From Planctomycetota bacterium (GTDB lineage: Bacteria; Planctomycetota; B15-G4; JADJEK01): DNA of 64,000 bases. A program made the position numbers and the translations under genes. Shown here in pieces: positions 62,809-64,000 of this stretch; the stretch's first letter is position 1, and each line of letters begins with the position of its first letter. The stretch lies in contig JBGAIQ010000009.1 of NCBI GenBank assembly GCA_044225365.1, forward strand, positions 96,462-160,461, written 5' to 3'. The notes below the pieces were generated by a model. That model made no database searches. It saw only the letters and a program-made list of their open reading frames with translations, and was not told the origin of the DNA.

Positions 62809-64000
62809 GGCTGAACTGCGTCGACGCCAGTATTGCATGGACATCGAACATGTCGCCGCGCGAATCCCGGAATGCGCCGAAGAACTGCGCCGACTGCACG
62901 CCAACTGGGTTCTCAACAAGGTCCTCGAGCAGCGGCTCGGCGTGCGCAACATCTCGTCGTTCTCCGATAGGTTGCGCGAAGTTCGGCTCCGGCGCCGACC
63001 CGGGCGTTGCGGCTCGACGACGACGCCACGACGACGGAAAGCGCGCTCCGCTTCGAGCGACGACTCCAGCTCGCCGAACTCCGCTCGCGCGGCCCCTCGT
63101 CTGGGCGCTACCGCCCTCGAGGGCGAAATCGCGCAAGGCGGCATGGGCATCCGTGACGCACGTGTTCGACAAGGACCTGCGCCACAACCTCGCCGATGAA
63201 GGTGATGCTCCACGAACACGAGGCGAAGCAGGGCAGGCTCTCGCTTCCTCGAAGAAGCGCAGGTCACGGCCAGCTCGATGCCCGGCATCGTTCCGGTGCA
63301 CGAACTCGGCATCGACGAGCACGGCAAGGTCGTCTTCACGATGAAACTGGTGAAGGGGAAGAACTCGCCGACGTGTTCGAGATGACGGTGACCGGTGAAG
63401 AAGGTTGAACGTCACCGGCGCGCTGGATGTGCTCCAGCGGGTCGCAGGCGATGGCCTCGCACGAGAAAAAGGTGATCCACCGCGACATCAAGCCCGCGAA
63501 CATCATGGTCGGCCGGCACGGCGAGTGTACGTCATGGATTGGAAACCGTCGCGAGTCCTCGAAGAAGGACTTGAAGGACGTGCGCCTACGGACCGCGCAA
63601 TCGATCGTCGACACCGAGCGCCGCGAGAAAGGCCGGCGATGCGCCGGACTCGCCGCTGCTCACGTGGACGGCGACGCGGTCGGCACGCCGTCCTACATGC
63701 CGCTCGAGCAGGCCGAAGGCGATCTCGATTCGATCGGGCCGCAGTCGGACGTGTATGCGGTCGTGCGATGCTCTACCACCTGCTCGCGGGCATTCCGCCC
63801 TACGTCGAGCCGGGGACGTCGCCGAGCGGCGCGGATCCTCGATCGAGTGAAGCGAGCGCCGCCCGCCGCGATCCGCTCGCTGGCGAAGTCCGCGCCCATC
63901 GAGCTGATCATGATCTGCAGGAAGGCAATGGGCAGGAAAGCCGGAGAGCCTACGCCTCGATGGTCGATCTCGGCGACGACCTGCGTGCCTACCTCGAGCG
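62809..64000 (+). pseudogene. Ser/Thr protein kinase pseudogene (multiple frameshifts), continues beyond window end
   Basis: Kinase subdomain remnants are scattered across all three plus frames: EGEIAQGGMG (G-loop); HVFDKDLRHNLA / MKVMLHEHE (VAIK region); PGIVPVHELGIDEHGKVVFTMKLVKGK (hinge); HEKKVIHRDIKPANIMVGRHGE (catalytic loop); GTPSYMPLEQAEG, SDVYAV (activation/substrate loops); APIELIMICRKAMGRKAGE (subdomain XI). No single frame is open for more than ~70 codons. Confidence 0.6.

Overview
Very GC-rich bacterial chromosomal segment (around 70% GC by eye, strong GC3 bias). Every long antisense ORF in the six-frame track is Arg/Ala/Pro-rich noise; real genes were chosen by composition, conserved motifs and start/stop coupling. 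About 45 protein-coding genes, no rRNA, tRNA or CRISPR recognised. Domain content points to a complex Gram-negative lineage, most consistent with Planctomycetota-like organisms: a Ser/Thr kinase fused to AAA and TPR domains, many giant Sec-exported beta-propeller and coiled-coil proteins, prenyltransferase/squalene-oxidase-repeat proteins, and a MoxR/DUF58/vWA operon.

Housekeeping genes:
- cysS.
- nusA-infB-DUF503-rbfA operon, with a leader hairpin and no rimP.
- thiS-thiG plus a PP-loop ATPase.
- eno followed by an ftsB-like gene.
- sodC, a beta-CASP MBL ribonuclease, a PQQ-type sugar dehydrogenase and kynureninase.

Accessory or unusual content:
- Left edge: two tandem Sec-signal Rhs/YD-repeat genes. 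The complete one ends in an HExxH metallopeptidase-like tail after the DPxGL site, with no immunity ORF. A Ser/Thr kinase-AAA-TPR gene sits immediately upstream.
- A ~25 kb uninterrupted minus-strand array (49945 to 24482) made of two modules, each headed by a PQQ-like beta-propeller protein. The first is beta-propeller, MoxR, DUF58, vWA(BatA-like), vWA, ClC channel. The second is a 1544-aa beta-propeller and two paralogous terpene-cyclase-fold proteins bracketing a 778-aa membrane protein, a 928-aa exported coiled-coil protein and a K/Q/E-rich disordered protein, followed by a thioredoxin-fold protein. This second module is the best candidate for an undescribed envelope system.
- Right edge, a decaying region: tandemly duplicated, differently inactivated Rpn/YhgA-like (PDDEXK) recombination-nuclease pseudogenes, then a multiply frameshifted Ser/Thr kinase pseudogene running off the window.
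- A small palindromic repeat family recurs in two intergenic regions.
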